A stretch of 58,030 bases of DNA from Blastocatellia bacterium (GCA_049317725.1 JBMOHS010000003.1:1-58030), one strand, 5' to 3'. Numbered from the stretch's first letter, positions 31,520 through 43,248 are shown. Made by a program: numbers and translations. Notes: generated by a model not told the origin, from the letters alone.

Positions 31520-34500
31520 ATGATGAACGAGCCAACGAAATGGAGCACACTTGCAGTGGGCCTGCTTCTGACGCTGATGCTGGGACTGGCGCCGGGAGTG
31601 AGGGCCCAGACCACATCAACGACAATTCTCGGCGTGGTGGCCGATGCTACCGGCGCAGTGATCGGTGGCGCGAAGGTTACCGCCACCAATGTCAGCACGC
31701 GGGTCAGCCGCGAGGTTGTCTCCGGATCGACCGGTGACTTTACGTTTCCCTTGGTCGATGTCGGAATCTACGACATCACGGTCGATGCGCAGGGCTTCAA
31801 GACCGAGATTCGCCGCAACGTCATCGTCAACATCAATGAGAAGGTTCGCGTCGACTTTTCCCTGCAGGTCGGGGCGGCGAGCGAGCGGGTCGAGGTGACG
31901 GCGGAAGGAGCGACGCTGCGCACCGACGATGCGACGCTCGGCCAGACGATCGAGCAGCGGCGCGTCGAGGAGTTGCCGCTCAACAACCGTAACATCGGCG
32001 CGTTGGCCATTCTGCAACCCGGGGTTCAGTACGGCCCACGCAGCGGAACGGACGGCCAGGGCTTTGGACAGCGCCAGGGTTCGCACGGCGTGCCGATTCC
32101 GGGCATCGGCCTCTCGTTTGTCGCCAATGGGCAACGGGAGACCAACCAGCACGCAACGCTCGATGGGGTCGTCGCGACCGAGGCGCGCGTCAACACCGTC
32201 CCCTTCAGCCCGTCCGTCGAGGCGATTGCCGAGTTCAAGGTTCTCTCTGGCAGCTACTCGGCTGAGTATGGATTCAACGCCGGCGCCCAGACGATCATCG
32301 TCACCAGGTCGGGCGGGAACGAGTTCCACGGCTCCGCCTTCGAGTTCCTGCGCAACGATGTCTTCGATGCGGAGAACTATTTCCAGAACTACTTCAACGC
32401 ACCAGGGGCAACGCGGTCCAAGAAGAACAGCCTGCGACAGAACAATTTTGGCGGCGTGGTCACCGGGCCCTTCGCCATTCCCAAGATCTACGACGGAACC
32501 AACAAGACCTTCTTCATGTTCAACTACGAGGGGCGGAGACGTCGTGACGGCCGGTTTGCGCAGACGGCCAATCACCCACCAATGGCCTTCCGAAATGGCG
32601 ACTTCAGCTCGCTGCTCGGACTGCCAACCCCCCTGCGGATTGTCGATCCGTTGACCGGGGACCCCTTCCCGAACAACATCATTCCGGCCAACCGGATCAG
32701 CAACGCGGCGAAGGAGTTGATGAAGTTCTGGCCGGAGCCGCAGCGCGTCAATCCCAATCCACTCGTCGGGATCAACTACACCGGCTTCGAGCGGCGATCG
32801 CTGGATGACACCCAAGTCTTCGGACGCATTGATCACAACATTGGCGAGAACGACAAGATCTTTGCCCGTTACGCCTTCAACGATGTCACCTACCGTGTCG
32901 TCCCCGGGGACAACCCGAACTTCACCTACTTTGTCGCCGGTCGCAATCAGAATGTCGGAGCGGCGTGGATCCACATCTTCAATCCGAATCTGATCAACGA
33001 GGTTCGGTACGGCTACAACCGATCCGTCAACAATACGCTCAACAACCGGGCCAACACGACCTTTGATGTCGAGACGCTGGGATTGACCGGTTTCCGTGTC
33101 GTCAATGACAGCAACCGCAAGTTCACTCCCCGTGAGACAGGGGTGCCGACGATCTCCGTCAACGCCTTCTCGACGCTGGCCGAGCAGGATGGTGGCAACG
33201 GCTTCGACTTCAACAACCTGCACCAGTTCAATGACAACGTGACGTGGGTTCACGGCAACCACACCACCAAGTTCGGGTTTGACTACCGCTGGGTGGCGCT
33301 CTTTCGCGGGGCGGCCAACGTGCCCCGTGGCGGGTTGAACTTCAACGGGGACATCGCCAACAACGGCTTTGCCGCTTTCCTGTTGGGGTTCCCGAGCGTG
33401 ACGACGACCCCTGAGGGGTTGCCCTTGACGGAGACGCGCCAGCAGCGCTTCGCCGCCTACGCCATGGATGACTGGAAGATCTCGCGCAAGCTGACCCTCA
33501 ACTATGGTCTGCGCTGGGAGTACAACACCCCGGCGGTCGATATCAAGGGGCTCTGGCGCTCGTTGAGCTTCGACACACGGACCAATGGTCTGCCGACGGT
33601 CATCCCGAACATCGGAACCGAATTCCAGTTCTATCCGCCGCAGCGGGACATCTTCATGCCCCGGATCGGCATCGCCTACCGTCCAACCGACAACTGGGTG
33701 ATTCGGTCCGGTTTTGGCATCTACTACAACGTCCACCAGTTGAACAACTACACCATTCTCAACCTCAATCCGCCGAAGTCCGGGACGAGCAACTTTGCCA
33801 ACACCGCGACGGCGGGCCGGATCACCAATTCGCCAACCCAGCCGGTGCTGACCTTTGCCGCCCCGTTCGGGGTAGTCAATCCGACCAGTCCGACGGGGAT
33901 CAACGCGCTCAGTCCGGACAATCCGCAGCCGAGCGTGGCCCAGTGGAGCTTGGACGTGCAGCGACGGCTGCCCTTCGACATCGTGCTCTCGGTGGGCTAC
34001 GTCGGCAACAAGGGGACGCACATCGACCAGACGGTCGAGCTCAATGCGCCCGCACCGTCGATTCTGCCCAATCCCAACTCGCGGCGTCCGATCCCGTTCT
34101 TCGCCGATGGCGTCAATGGCCCAACCCGCGCGCTCAACCGGTTGCGCTGGCTGACCTCGGATGGAAATTCGTGGTACCACGCGTTGCAGGTCAATGCACA
34201 GAAGCGGTTCAGCAATGGGCTGCAGATGAATGTCGCCTACACCTGGGGACGGGCCATGGGAGAGGGCTATGGTCGGAACGAGGGGGGAGGCGCCATCCCG
34301 AACTCCTACCAGAACCCATTCGACCGGGCCGCGGAGAAGACCCGCTATGGCTTCGATTTCCAGCACAGCGCCGTGATCAGCTTCCTCTATGAGCTGCCAA
34401 CGCCCGGTGCCCTCAACAAGGGGTTTGGCAAGCACATCTTCGGTGGCTGGCAGATGAACGGAATCGTCGTGCTGCGCTCGGGGCTGCCGTTCTCGGTGAC

Positions 34501-34996
34501 CCAGACCAACACGCTCAACACCATTGAGGGTCACGTCCGCCCCGACTTGGTTCGCAATCCCAAGCTGGCCAACCCGACGGTCAACAAGTGGTTCGATCCG
34601 GATGCCTTCCGGGTGGTCACCTGCCAGCAGCCCGGTGCGGCGACCGATCCTGGGCGTGCACTCAACCAGTACCTCGCCGGCTTCTGCAAGTTCGGAAGTG
34701 CTGGACAGGGAATTCTCGAGGGTCCCGGATTCAAGAACGTCGACTACTCGTTGATCAAGAACATTCAGATCAAGGAGGATCTGCGGCTCCAGTTCCGGGC
34801 AGAGATCTTCAACATCTTCAACACGCCGCAGTTTGGCACGCCTAACGCGAGCCTCAACGCGGCGACAGCCTTCCTGCCGACGACGGCGGGTGGCGCCTTC
34901 CCGACCCAGGTCGCGCCCTCGCGCGGACCAGGGTCGATCGCCAACATCATCGCCCCGATGCGACAGATGCAGTTCGGGCTGAAGCTGATCTTCTAG
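31520..34996 (+). CDS. TonB-dependent receptor with N-terminal carboxypeptidase-regulatory-like domain
   Basis: Signal peptide (VRA-Q), GVVADATGAVIGGAKV, ELPLNNRN, YSAEYG, VTRSGGNEFHGSAFEFLRN, RQMQFGLKLIF end; ATG after GGAGG. Confidence 0.93.
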   Translation: MMNEPTKWSTLAVGLLLTLMLGLAPGVRAQTTSTTILGVVADATGAVIGGAKVTATNVSTRVSREVVSGSTGDFTFPLVDVGIYDITVDAQGFKTEIRRNVIVNINEKVRVDFSLQVGAASERVEVTAEGATLRTDDATLGQTIEQRRVEELPLNNRNIGALAILQPGVQYGPRSGTDGQGFGQRQGSHGVPIPGIGLSFVANGQRETNQHATLDGVVATEARVNTVPFSPSVEAIAEFKVLSGSYSAEYGFNAGAQTIIVTRSGGNEFHGSAFEFLRNDVFDAENYFQNYFNAPGATRSKKNSLRQNNFGGVVTGPFAIPKIYDGTNKTFFMFNYEGRRRRDGRFAQTANHPPMAFRNGDFSSLLGLPTPLRIVDPLTGDPFPNNIIPANRISNAAKELMKFWPEPQRVNPNPLVGINYTGFERRSLDDTQVFGRIDHNIGENDKIFARYAFNDVTYRVVPGDNPNFTYFVAGRNQNVGAAWIHIFNPNLINEVRYGYNRSVNNTLNNRANTTFDVETLGLTGFRVVNDSNRKFTPRETGVPTISVNAFSTLAEQDGGNGFDFNNLHQFNDNVTWVHGNHTTKFGFDYRWVALFRGAANVPRGGLNFNGDIANNGFAAFLLGFPSVTTTPEGLPLTETRQQRFAAYAMDDWKISRKLTLNYGLRWEYNTPAVDIKGLWRSLSFDTRTNGLPTVIPNIGTEFQFYPPQRDIFMPRIGIAYRPTDNWVIRSGFGIYYNVHQLNNYTILNLNPPKSGTSNFANTATAGRITNSPTQPVLTFAAPFGVVNPTSPTGINALSPDNPQPSVAQWSLDVQRRLPFDIVLSVGYVGNKGTHIDQTVELNAPAPSILPNPNSRRPIPFFADGVNGPTRALNRLRWLTSDGNSWYHALQVNAQKRFSNGLQMNVAYTWGRAMGEGYGRNEGGGAIPNSYQNPFDRAAEKTRYGFDFQHSAVISFLYELPTPGALNKGFGKHIFGGWQMNGIVVLRSGLPFSVTQTNTLNTIEGHVRPDLVRNPKLANPTVNKWFDPDAFRVVTCQQPGAATDPGRALNQYLAGFCKFGSAGQGILEGPGFKNVDYSLIKNIQIKEDLRLQFRAEIFNIFNTPQFGTPNASLNAATAFLPTTAGGAFPTQVAPSRGPGSIANIIAPMRQMQFGLKLIF

Positions 34997-35023
34997 TCAG
35001 GTCAGCAGGCAATTCAACCAACG

Positions 35024-35070
35024 CGGGGGATCTGCGGAGCATCGTCTTCCCGGGTCCCCCGTCTCTTATT
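35024..35070 (+). terminator. Stem-loop / possible partial terminator after the receptor
   Basis: CGGGGGATCTG / CGGGTCCCCCG (11 bp with G-U) followed by TCTCTTATT. Confidence 0.55.
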
Positions 35071-35121
35071 GTGGTCCGAGACACGAATAGTCCAATCCAT
35101 TTATTGCAAGAGGATCAAGCC

Positions 35122-36342
35122 ATGTCCAACCGTCGCAATTTTCTGCAGGCGATGTCGAGCCTTCCCTTCATCGGGTCGATCTTCAGCAGCGAGGCGCTGG
35201 CCGTCAAGAAGGCCGACCCGACGCGCGACTACTTCAGGGAGCTCGGCGTGCGTCCGTTCATCAACGCCGCCGGCACCTACACGACACTCACGGCATCGCT
35301 GATGCACCCCGAAGTGATGGCGGCGATCAACTATGCGTCCAAGACCTTTGTCCCGCTCAACGACCTGCACGACGCGGTCGGCAAGCGGATTGCCGAGCTG
35401 GTGGGCTGTGAAGCGGCGATGGTGACATCTGGCGCGGCCGCGGCGCTGACCGCCGGAACCGCCGGTGTCGTGGCTGGCAAAAATCCGGAGTGGATCAAGC
35501 GGATTCCTGACCTGACCGGCACGGGGATGAAGAACGAGGTGATTGTCCAGAAGGCGCATCGCAACGGCTATGATCACGCCGTCCGCAACTGCGGCATCAA
35601 GCTGATCGAGGTCGAGTCGGCCGAAGAGCTGGAGCGGGCCATCAACGAGAAGACCGCGATGATGTTCTTCTTCAACGATGCCGATCCGAAGGGTGAGGTC
35701 AAGCTCGAACAGTTTGTCGAGATTGCCAAGAAGCGCCAGATCCCGACCCTCAACGATGCGGCGGCCGATGTTCCGCCAACCGGCAACATCTCGAAGTACA
35801 CCCGGATGGGGTTCGATCTGGTCGCCTTCTCGGGTGGGAAGGGGATCCGCGGGCCGCAGAGTGCTGGCCTGCTCCTCGGGCGCAAGGATCTGATCGAGGC
35901 CGCCCGCCTCAACTACTCGCCGAACAGCGACAGTATCGGGCGTGGAATGAAGGTCAACAAAGAAGAGCTGCTCGGGATGATGGTCGCGGTCGAGGTCTAC
36001 CTCAAGCGTGACGAGGCAGCCGAGTGGAAGGAGTGGGAGCGGCGTGCGAGGGTGGTGATCGACGCCGCGATGGCGGCAAACAAGGCGGTCGTTGGGGAGG
36101 TCTACGTGCCGCCGATCGCCAACCACGTCCCGACCGTGCGACTCAAGTGGGAGAAGTCAGCCCTCGATCTGAACGCGGATGAGGTGCGGAGGCGAATGAA
36201 GGAGGGCTCCCCCTCGATCGAGATCACACCGGGCAATACCCCTCCAGCAGAGGCGACGCAATCGCTCTCCATCGGCATCTGGCAACTTCAGCCGGGTGAG
36301 GTCGATATCGTCGCGAAGCGGTTGAAGGCCTCACTCGCCTGA
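35122..36342 (+). CDS. SelA/DgaE-like fold-type-I PLP enzyme with a Tat signal peptide
   Basis: INAAGTYT, VTSGAAAAL, DAAA, FSGGK(PLP)GIRGPQ, IGRGMKV; N-terminus MSNRRNFL...EALA. Confidence 0.85.
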   Translation: MSNRRNFLQAMSSLPFIGSIFSSEALAVKKADPTRDYFRELGVRPFINAAGTYTTLTASLMHPEVMAAINYASKTFVPLNDLHDAVGKRIAELVGCEAAMVTSGAAAALTAGTAGVVAGKNPEWIKRIPDLTGTGMKNEVIVQKAHRNGYDHAVRNCGIKLIEVESAEELERAINEKTAMMFFFNDADPKGEVKLEQFVEIAKKRQIPTLNDAAADVPPTGNISKYTRMGFDLVAFSGGKGIRGPQSAGLLLGRKDLIEAARLNYSPNSDSIGRGMKVNKEELLGMMVAVEVYLKRDEAAEWKEWERRARVVIDAAMAANKAVVGEVYVPPIANHVPTVRLKWEKSALDLNADEVRRRMKEGSPSIEITPGNTPPAEATQSLSIGIWQLQPGEVDIVAKRLKASLA

Positions 36343-36358
36343 CACTGCGCTTTCCGCA

Positions 36359-36386
36359 AGGGGGGCCGACACAAGGTCGCCCCCCT
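36359..36386. repeat. REP-like GC palindrome
   Basis: AGGGGGGCCGAC-ACAAG-GTCGCCCCCCT, 16 nt after the stop codon. Confidence 0.55.
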
Positions 36387-36499
36387 CCAACTTGAACCCG
36401 AGGCCGATCGCGCCACGGCCGGTGACACCCAACGGCCAAAGACGTCGCGCTGCCCATCTGTCACCGTCTACCCAATCTCCTGTGGAGGGGGAACTTCCG

Positions 36500-38128
<1,629 letters not shown>

Positions 38129-38175
38129 CGCGCCCTGGTTGTTTCAGAATTCACGATCGAGGATGGAGTATTTTT

Positions 38176-39081
38176 ATGTCGAAGAAACTTGCGTCATTGC
38201 TGACCTTCAGTCTGTTGCTGGCAGCAGGAGTGGGCCTGTCTATCGGTTGGCAGGTAGAGTCGCAGATTCAGGTACCGCCAGGACTGCGCGCCGAGCGCAA
38301 TACCTGGACACCGCTGATGGATGTTCTGAAGAAAGATCGGCCGCGGGTCACCGACGAGCAGCTCGCCCGCATCGCCAAGTATCCGATCGAGGCCCTCTGG
38401 AATGGTGTGCAGAATCAGGGCTACACGCGGAACTTCGCCAACCACTTTCGTCTTACCCAACCGGGTACAAAACTGGTGGGACGAGCCCTGACGATGCGCT
38501 ACCTTCCCCTGCGGCCAGACATCGATGCGGCCACCAAGCAGTTGGCCAAGGAGGGCGACTGGGACTACCAGTACAACGTTCGGGCAGGAGAGGACGCCCA
38601 GCCGGGCGATGTGATCGTTGTCGAGCTCGGCGGGGCGGTCGATCGTGCGACCTTCCTCGGTGATGTGACCGGGATCGGAATGAGGCAGCGCGGGGTGCGT
38701 GGGGTCGTGGTCGACGGTGGAATTCGTGATCTGAACGAGTTCCTGGTGATGAAAGACTTCCCGATCTACTACGTCAACGCGCACGCCTCAGCCATGGCCG
38801 ACGAGGTTGGCGTCGAGTGGAACGCGCCGATCCGGATCGGTCACGTCTCAGTGCTGCCGGGGGATGTCGTGGTCGGGGATGAGGAGGGAGTACTCTTCTT
38901 CCCCCCCCAGATCACCGAAGAGGTCCTCAAATCAGCAGCCTTGACGGTCAACACCGAGAACTTCAAACGGGAGATGATGCGCTCCGGCAAGTATCGCTCG
39001 CGTGACATCTACCCGAAACTCAGCCCCGAGCTGGAAAAACGCTACCAGGAGTGGCTCAAGACCAATCCGATTGACAACTGA
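38176..39081 (+). CDS. RraA / HMG-CHA aldolase-like protein with an N-terminal signal peptide
   Basis: LVGRALT, PGDVIVV, GVVVDGGIRD, VLPGDVVVGDEEGV; N-terminus MSKK plus a hydrophobic stretch. Confidence 0.85.
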   Translation: MSKKLASLLTFSLLLAAGVGLSIGWQVESQIQVPPGLRAERNTWTPLMDVLKKDRPRVTDEQLARIAKYPIEALWNGVQNQGYTRNFANHFRLTQPGTKLVGRALTMRYLPLRPDIDAATKQLAKEGDWDYQYNVRAGEDAQPGDVIVVELGGAVDRATFLGDVTGIGMRQRGVRGVVVDGGIRDLNEFLVMKDFPIYYVNAHASAMADEVGVEWNAPIRIGHVSVLPGDVVVGDEEGVLFFPPQITEEVLKSAALTVNTENFKREMMRSGKYRSRDIYPKLSPELEKRYQEWLKTNPIDN

Positions 39082-39484
39082 GCGGATTCGCATCGATCAA
39101 GTCTCCCGTTGCCCCCGCTCCCAGCCGGGGAAGTGGGCCCTCTACCAGCCGCAGCAGGTCCGATTTTTCGCGGCCCATGGGGGGCTGCGCTCTTGAAACA
39201 ACCGCAAGTGCACTATACACTCAAGCTTTGCCAAGGAAGCTCCTCGTTGTGTGTCCAGTTACTCTCTTCCCCTACTTCCAGCATGACTTGGAGATCTTTT
39301 GCTCTTTCGTGGAGAAGTTCGGTCCAGGGAGCACCTCTCACCTGACCGGGAAAGTCAAGGAGGGGCTCCAAGAAAGCGTCTGGAGAGGAGCGCGTGGCCC
39401 AGACTGATGATCGCCTCTCGACAAGGGGCAGCCAAGAGAGATCGCGCATCGCCGAGCATCAGGAGCATCAGGGAGAATCGATGT

Positions 39485-40249
39485 ATGAACAAACCGCCAA
39501 CGAGTAACTCCGAGCCTCCTGCCAAGGCAACCGCCACGGGAAAAGAGAAGTTACTGGTCGTCGAGGACGATCCCGCCATCCAGCGAATGATCTCTGACTA
39601 CTTTCGTCGCCAAGTCGGGTACGAGGTCCTGACTGCGGGCGATGGGGAGATCGGGGTGAGGATGGCACTGACCGATCAGCCAACGGTGATGATCCTCGAC
39701 CTGATGCTGCCGCGATTGGACGGATTGACCGTCTGCCGACAGGTCCGTGAGCGGTACCCGACACTTCCGATCATCATGTTGACCGCAAAGGACGATGTGG
39801 TCGACAAGGTGCTGGGCCTCGAGATGGGTGCCGATGACTATATGACCAAACCCTTCAGTCTTCGCGAACTCGAAGCGCGACTGAAGAGTGTCTTGCGTCG
39901 GACACGCGCCCGCAGCAGCGATCCGGAGGAGACCGAGCAGGCTCCGATCGTGCGTGGTTCCCTGCGGATCGATCCGGCTCGACGCGAAGTCACCATTGGG
40001 GAGCGGATTGTCGACCTCACCCCCAAGGAGTTCGAGCTGCTCTCCCTCTTTGCGGCCCACCCAGGACGTGTCTATTCCCGCAAATACCTCCTCGAGAACA
40101 TCTGGGATTATACCTACAGCGGGTATGACCGGACGATCGACTCACACATCAATCGACTGCGCGCCAAGATCGAGGAGAATCCGGACGATCCCAAACTCGT
40201 GCTGACGGTCTGGGGAGTGGGCTACAAGTTCAACGACGAATCGGATTGA
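39485..40249 (+). CDS. OmpR/PhoB family response regulator
   Basis: LVVEDD, ILDLMLP, GADDYMTKPF, LTPKEFELL, RTIDSHINRLRAKIE, TVWGVGYKF. Confidence 0.95.
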   Translation: MNKPPTSNSEPPAKATATGKEKLLVVEDDPAIQRMISDYFRRQVGYEVLTAGDGEIGVRMALTDQPTVMILDLMLPRLDGLTVCRQVRERYPTLPIIMLTAKDDVVDKVLGLEMGADDYMTKPFSLRELEARLKSVLRRTRARSSDPEETEQAPIVRGSLRIDPARREVTIGERIVDLTPKEFELLSLFAAHPGRVYSRKYLLENIWDYTYSGYDRTIDSHINRLRAKIEENPDDPKLVLTVWGVGYKFNDESD

Positions 40250-40292
40250 TTCCCACGAGCATCTCCACGAGCACGGCGGGGGGACGGCAGGA

Positions 40293-43091
40293 CTACGGAT
40301 CCTCGGGCTTCCCCTTCTTTCCTTTACGCAATGGCTGGGAGGCAGGCAGCTCAGGAGCCTCCGCGCGAGGAGCGGGAGTCGCTGCGGATGGTGTGCTGAT
40401 TCGACTTCGAGTGGCTACTCGATCCGGTCCACCTGAGGGGGGCTCACCGGCAGAGGGAGCTTGCGCCGCGGCCGACGGGGATGTTGATTGACGTTGCACC
40501 GGTTCACGGGAACTCGTCGCCGCGGAAGAGGGCGGAATGGAGGGAGGAGGAGCGACTCTCGTGGGGGGGGAGGCCTTCCCAGTGGGAGCAGGAGAAGGGA
40601 CGGGGGCAGGCGGCGCCGCTTCTCCAAGAGGATCGAGATCAGGAATCTCCGCCGAGTCGGGCAGAATATCTCCGCTGAGCACTCCGAGTCGCGCCCGCTC
40701 CGAGGCATGTTGACTGGCGCGTACGTTCTGGATTCCCCGTAACTCCTCGGTCGGGGGGGGAGGGGCAGGAAATTGCTCTTTCTCCTTCTCCTTGAGGTAG
40801 GCGCGCATGAACTCCAGCCAGAAGGGAAGCGCGGCGGAAGCCCCCGCTTCTCCCTGTCCCAGCGTTCGTTTCTGATCGCTATAGCCAATCCAGACGCCAC
40901 AAACGACCGATGGGGTATAGCCGATGAACCAGGCATCGGTGAAGTCATTGACGGTGCCCGTCTTCCCGGCCAGTTCGTGACCAAGCGAGGAGGCAGAGGC
41001 AGCCGTGCCATACTGGACAGCACCTCTCATCAAATCGACCATCTGCCCCGCTACGTAGGGGGTCAGCACCTGCTCTCGGCGAGGTTGGGCCTCTTCGAGC
41101 AGGTTGCCGTCGCGGTCGACGACCCGCACGATCCGGCTCGGCTCGACCCAACGCCCTTGATTGGGAAAGACCGCATAAGCGGCGACCATATCGAGAAGGG
41201 GTTCTTCCGTGGCCCCGAGTGCGGAGGGAAGAAAGGGAGCCATCGGATTCGGTAGCTTGAGCCGCATCACCAGGTCTCCCGCATTCTTGACCCCGACCTC
41301 ATCGAGAATACGCACGGCTGGAATGTTGCGGGAGAGGGCCAGCGCTTGACGAAGTGAGATCGGCCCCAGGTAGGTATTGTCGTAGTTGTGAGGGCTCCAG
41401 TTCCCACGCTGGAAGGGGACATCATCGACGATGTCGTCCGGTTGCATCCCCTGCTCGAGCGCCGCTGCGTAGATGAAGGGCTTGAAGACGGATCCCGTCT
41501 GGCGGTTGGCCTGGGTGGCGTGGTTGAACTTGGTGGTAGCAAAGTCGTACCCGCCGACGAGAGCCCGAATCTGGCCTGTCCGCACATCAAGCAGAACCAG
41601 CGCCGCTTGGACATCGGGCTGGGGCTCGAACGTCACCTTGACCCGCTGGTTGGCGACATCGACAGATCGAATCCGGAAGGGAGCGAGGTCGCCGCGCTGG
41701 AAGATTGCGGCGGGAGCGCGCCCAGCGATGCGGGTCTCTTCGACCGTCACAGTCGCCCGGTAGCGACCAAACGAGACGGTCGCCCCCCGATCCGTGACCT
41801 CCCGTACAAGCCCCATGACGATCTCCTCGATCGCCGGCGCCGCGTTGCTCCAGGAGGCGTGCCGGTAGCCATCCAAGAGGGCCACGGCCCCATCCGACTC
41901 GCGCCCCCTGATCTTCGCCGCTTTCCCAACTCCAGCCCCAGCTCCAACTTTGCCGGTGAGAATATTTTCGAAGCGGAACCGCCAACCGTGACGGCGCTGA
42001 TACTGTTGGGCGCCCCAACGAACAGCCTTGACCGCAGCGATCTGGGCCTCCTCATCGAGCGAAGTGTAGACATTGAGCCCCGCGCGATAGACATCCATCG
42101 CGTCCTGCGAGTGCTTCTCGACGAGAAGACGCTGCAGCTCCTGGCGAACCTCCTCGAGGAAATAGGCGTGCGGGGAACGATCATTTCGGCCTCGCTGATC
42201 ATCTGGATCGAGGTCGAGCGGCAGGGCCTTGGCGGCCTGTGCCTCGGCGGCCGAGAGGAAGCCGGCCTGCACCATCGACTGGAGGACGAGGTTGCGCCGA
42301 TCCCGGGCCGCTTTTGGTCGCAGAAGGGGAGAGTAGACTTGGGTCCCCTTGGGAATTGCGGCCAACAAAGCGTATTGATGGAGCTTCAGCTCGCGCAGAG
42401 GCTTGCGAAAATAGTAGTTGGCCGCCGCTTCAAATCCATAGGCCCCACCGCCAAGGAAGATCTGATTGCAGTACATTGTGAGGATCTGTTCTTTGGTGTA
42501 GACCCGCTCAATCTGGAGCGCGAACATGGCCTCTTTGATCTTCCGGATGTAAGTCTTCTCAGGGCGAAGAAAGAGGACGCGGGCGAGCTGTTGCGTCAGA
42601 GTCGAAGCCCCCTGGGCACGGCGCCGCTGAATGATATTCTGGATCATCGAGCCGACGATGCGGACTGGATCAAGGCCAAGATGCTCGTAAAACCGGGTGT
42701 CCTCAATCGCCAGAATCGCCTGCTGGAGTTGTGAAGGGATCTCCGCATACTCGATCGGGATGCGGCGTTCGAGCGATAACTCTCCGATCAGATTGCCATT
42801 GCTGGCATAGACACGGGTGATCTCGGGAGGGCGGTAATCGGCAAGGGCGTCGACTTCGACCGCAAAACTGGTCAACGAGGCGAACGAGACCAGGACTAGA
42901 CCAGTCATCGCCCCGGCGAGCAGGGCGAGCACCAACAGCGCGTCGAGCCCTCCCCGTTGAAAGAAGAAGGGGACTCGCTGCAGCAGCAGTATTGATCGCT
43001 TGGTCGACGCGGACCAGCCTACTGATTGTCGAAGCGGGAGGTCTTCCTTTTGCGGAACCCCTTCCGGCTTTCCTTGCTTCTTCCAGGTCAT
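40293..43091 (-). CDS. Class A penicillin-binding protein (PBP1A family)
   Basis: EDTRFYEHLG, GASTLTQQL and RKIKE transglycosylase motifs; SVFK, SRN, KTG transpeptidase motifs; Pro-rich tail. Confidence 0.94.
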   Translation of the reverse strand: MTWKKQGKPEGVPQKEDLPLRQSVGWSASTKRSILLLQRVPFFFQRGGLDALLVLALLAGAMTGLVLVSFASLTSFAVEVDALADYRPPEITRVYASNGNLIGELSLERRIPIEYAEIPSQLQQAILAIEDTRFYEHLGLDPVRIVGSMIQNIIQRRRAQGASTLTQQLARVLFLRPEKTYIRKIKEAMFALQIERVYTKEQILTMYCNQIFLGGGAYGFEAAANYYFRKPLRELKLHQYALLAAIPKGTQVYSPLLRPKAARDRRNLVLQSMVQAGFLSAAEAQAAKALPLDLDPDDQRGRNDRSPHAYFLEEVRQELQRLLVEKHSQDAMDVYRAGLNVYTSLDEEAQIAAVKAVRWGAQQYQRRHGWRFRFENILTGKVGAGAGVGKAAKIRGRESDGAVALLDGYRHASWSNAAPAIEEIVMGLVREVTDRGATVSFGRYRATVTVEETRIAGRAPAAIFQRGDLAPFRIRSVDVANQRVKVTFEPQPDVQAALVLLDVRTGQIRALVGGYDFATTKFNHATQANRQTGSVFKPFIYAAALEQGMQPDDIVDDVPFQRGNWSPHNYDNTYLGPISLRQALALSRNIPAVRILDEVGVKNAGDLVMRLKLPNPMAPFLPSALGATEEPLLDMVAAYAVFPNQGRWVEPSRIVRVVDRDGNLLEEAQPRREQVLTPYVAGQMVDLMRGAVQYGTAASASSLGHELAGKTGTVNDFTDAWFIGYTPSVVCGVWIGYSDQKRTLGQGEAGASAALPFWLEFMRAYLKEKEKEQFPAPPPPTEELRGIQNVRASQHASERARLGVLSGDILPDSAEIPDLDPLGEAAPPAPVPSPAPTGKASPPTRVAPPPSIPPSSAATSSREPVQRQSTSPSAAAQAPSAGEPPSGGPDRVATRSRISTPSAATPAPRAEAPELPASQPLRKGKKGKPEDP

Positions 43092-43097
43092 GACGTG

Positions 43098-43106
43098 ATT
43101 ATAGCA
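43098..43106 (-). promoter_or_regulatory. Extended -10 promoter TGCTATAAT for PBP1A
   Basis: Perfect TGn-TATAAT 6 nt before ATG 43091. Confidence 0.65.
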
Positions 43107-43248
43107 GGGGGAATGGCGGAAAAGTCCAGACCAAATTGCGGGAGCCAAAAACGTCGCTACCGCAACCCAACCCACCCACCCTGTCACAGATTGGCTCGAT
43201 TGAGTCGACCGGGCAGGCCGCTCAACCATTAACTGGAGATCCTCAACG

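Noticed and set aside
31616-34534. 972-aa antisense ORF opposite the second TonB receptor
   Set aside because: It lies on the antisense strand of a strongly codon-biased, high-GC gene and has no recognisable motifs; a typical shadow ORF.
35122-36342. Selenocysteine machinery (selA)
   Set aside because: Tat-like signal present, and no selB, selC or selD seen in the window.
40293-40660. Pro/Ser/Ala-rich C-terminal tail of PBP1A
   Set aside because: Disordered tails are common in class A PBPs; not treated as a separate finding.
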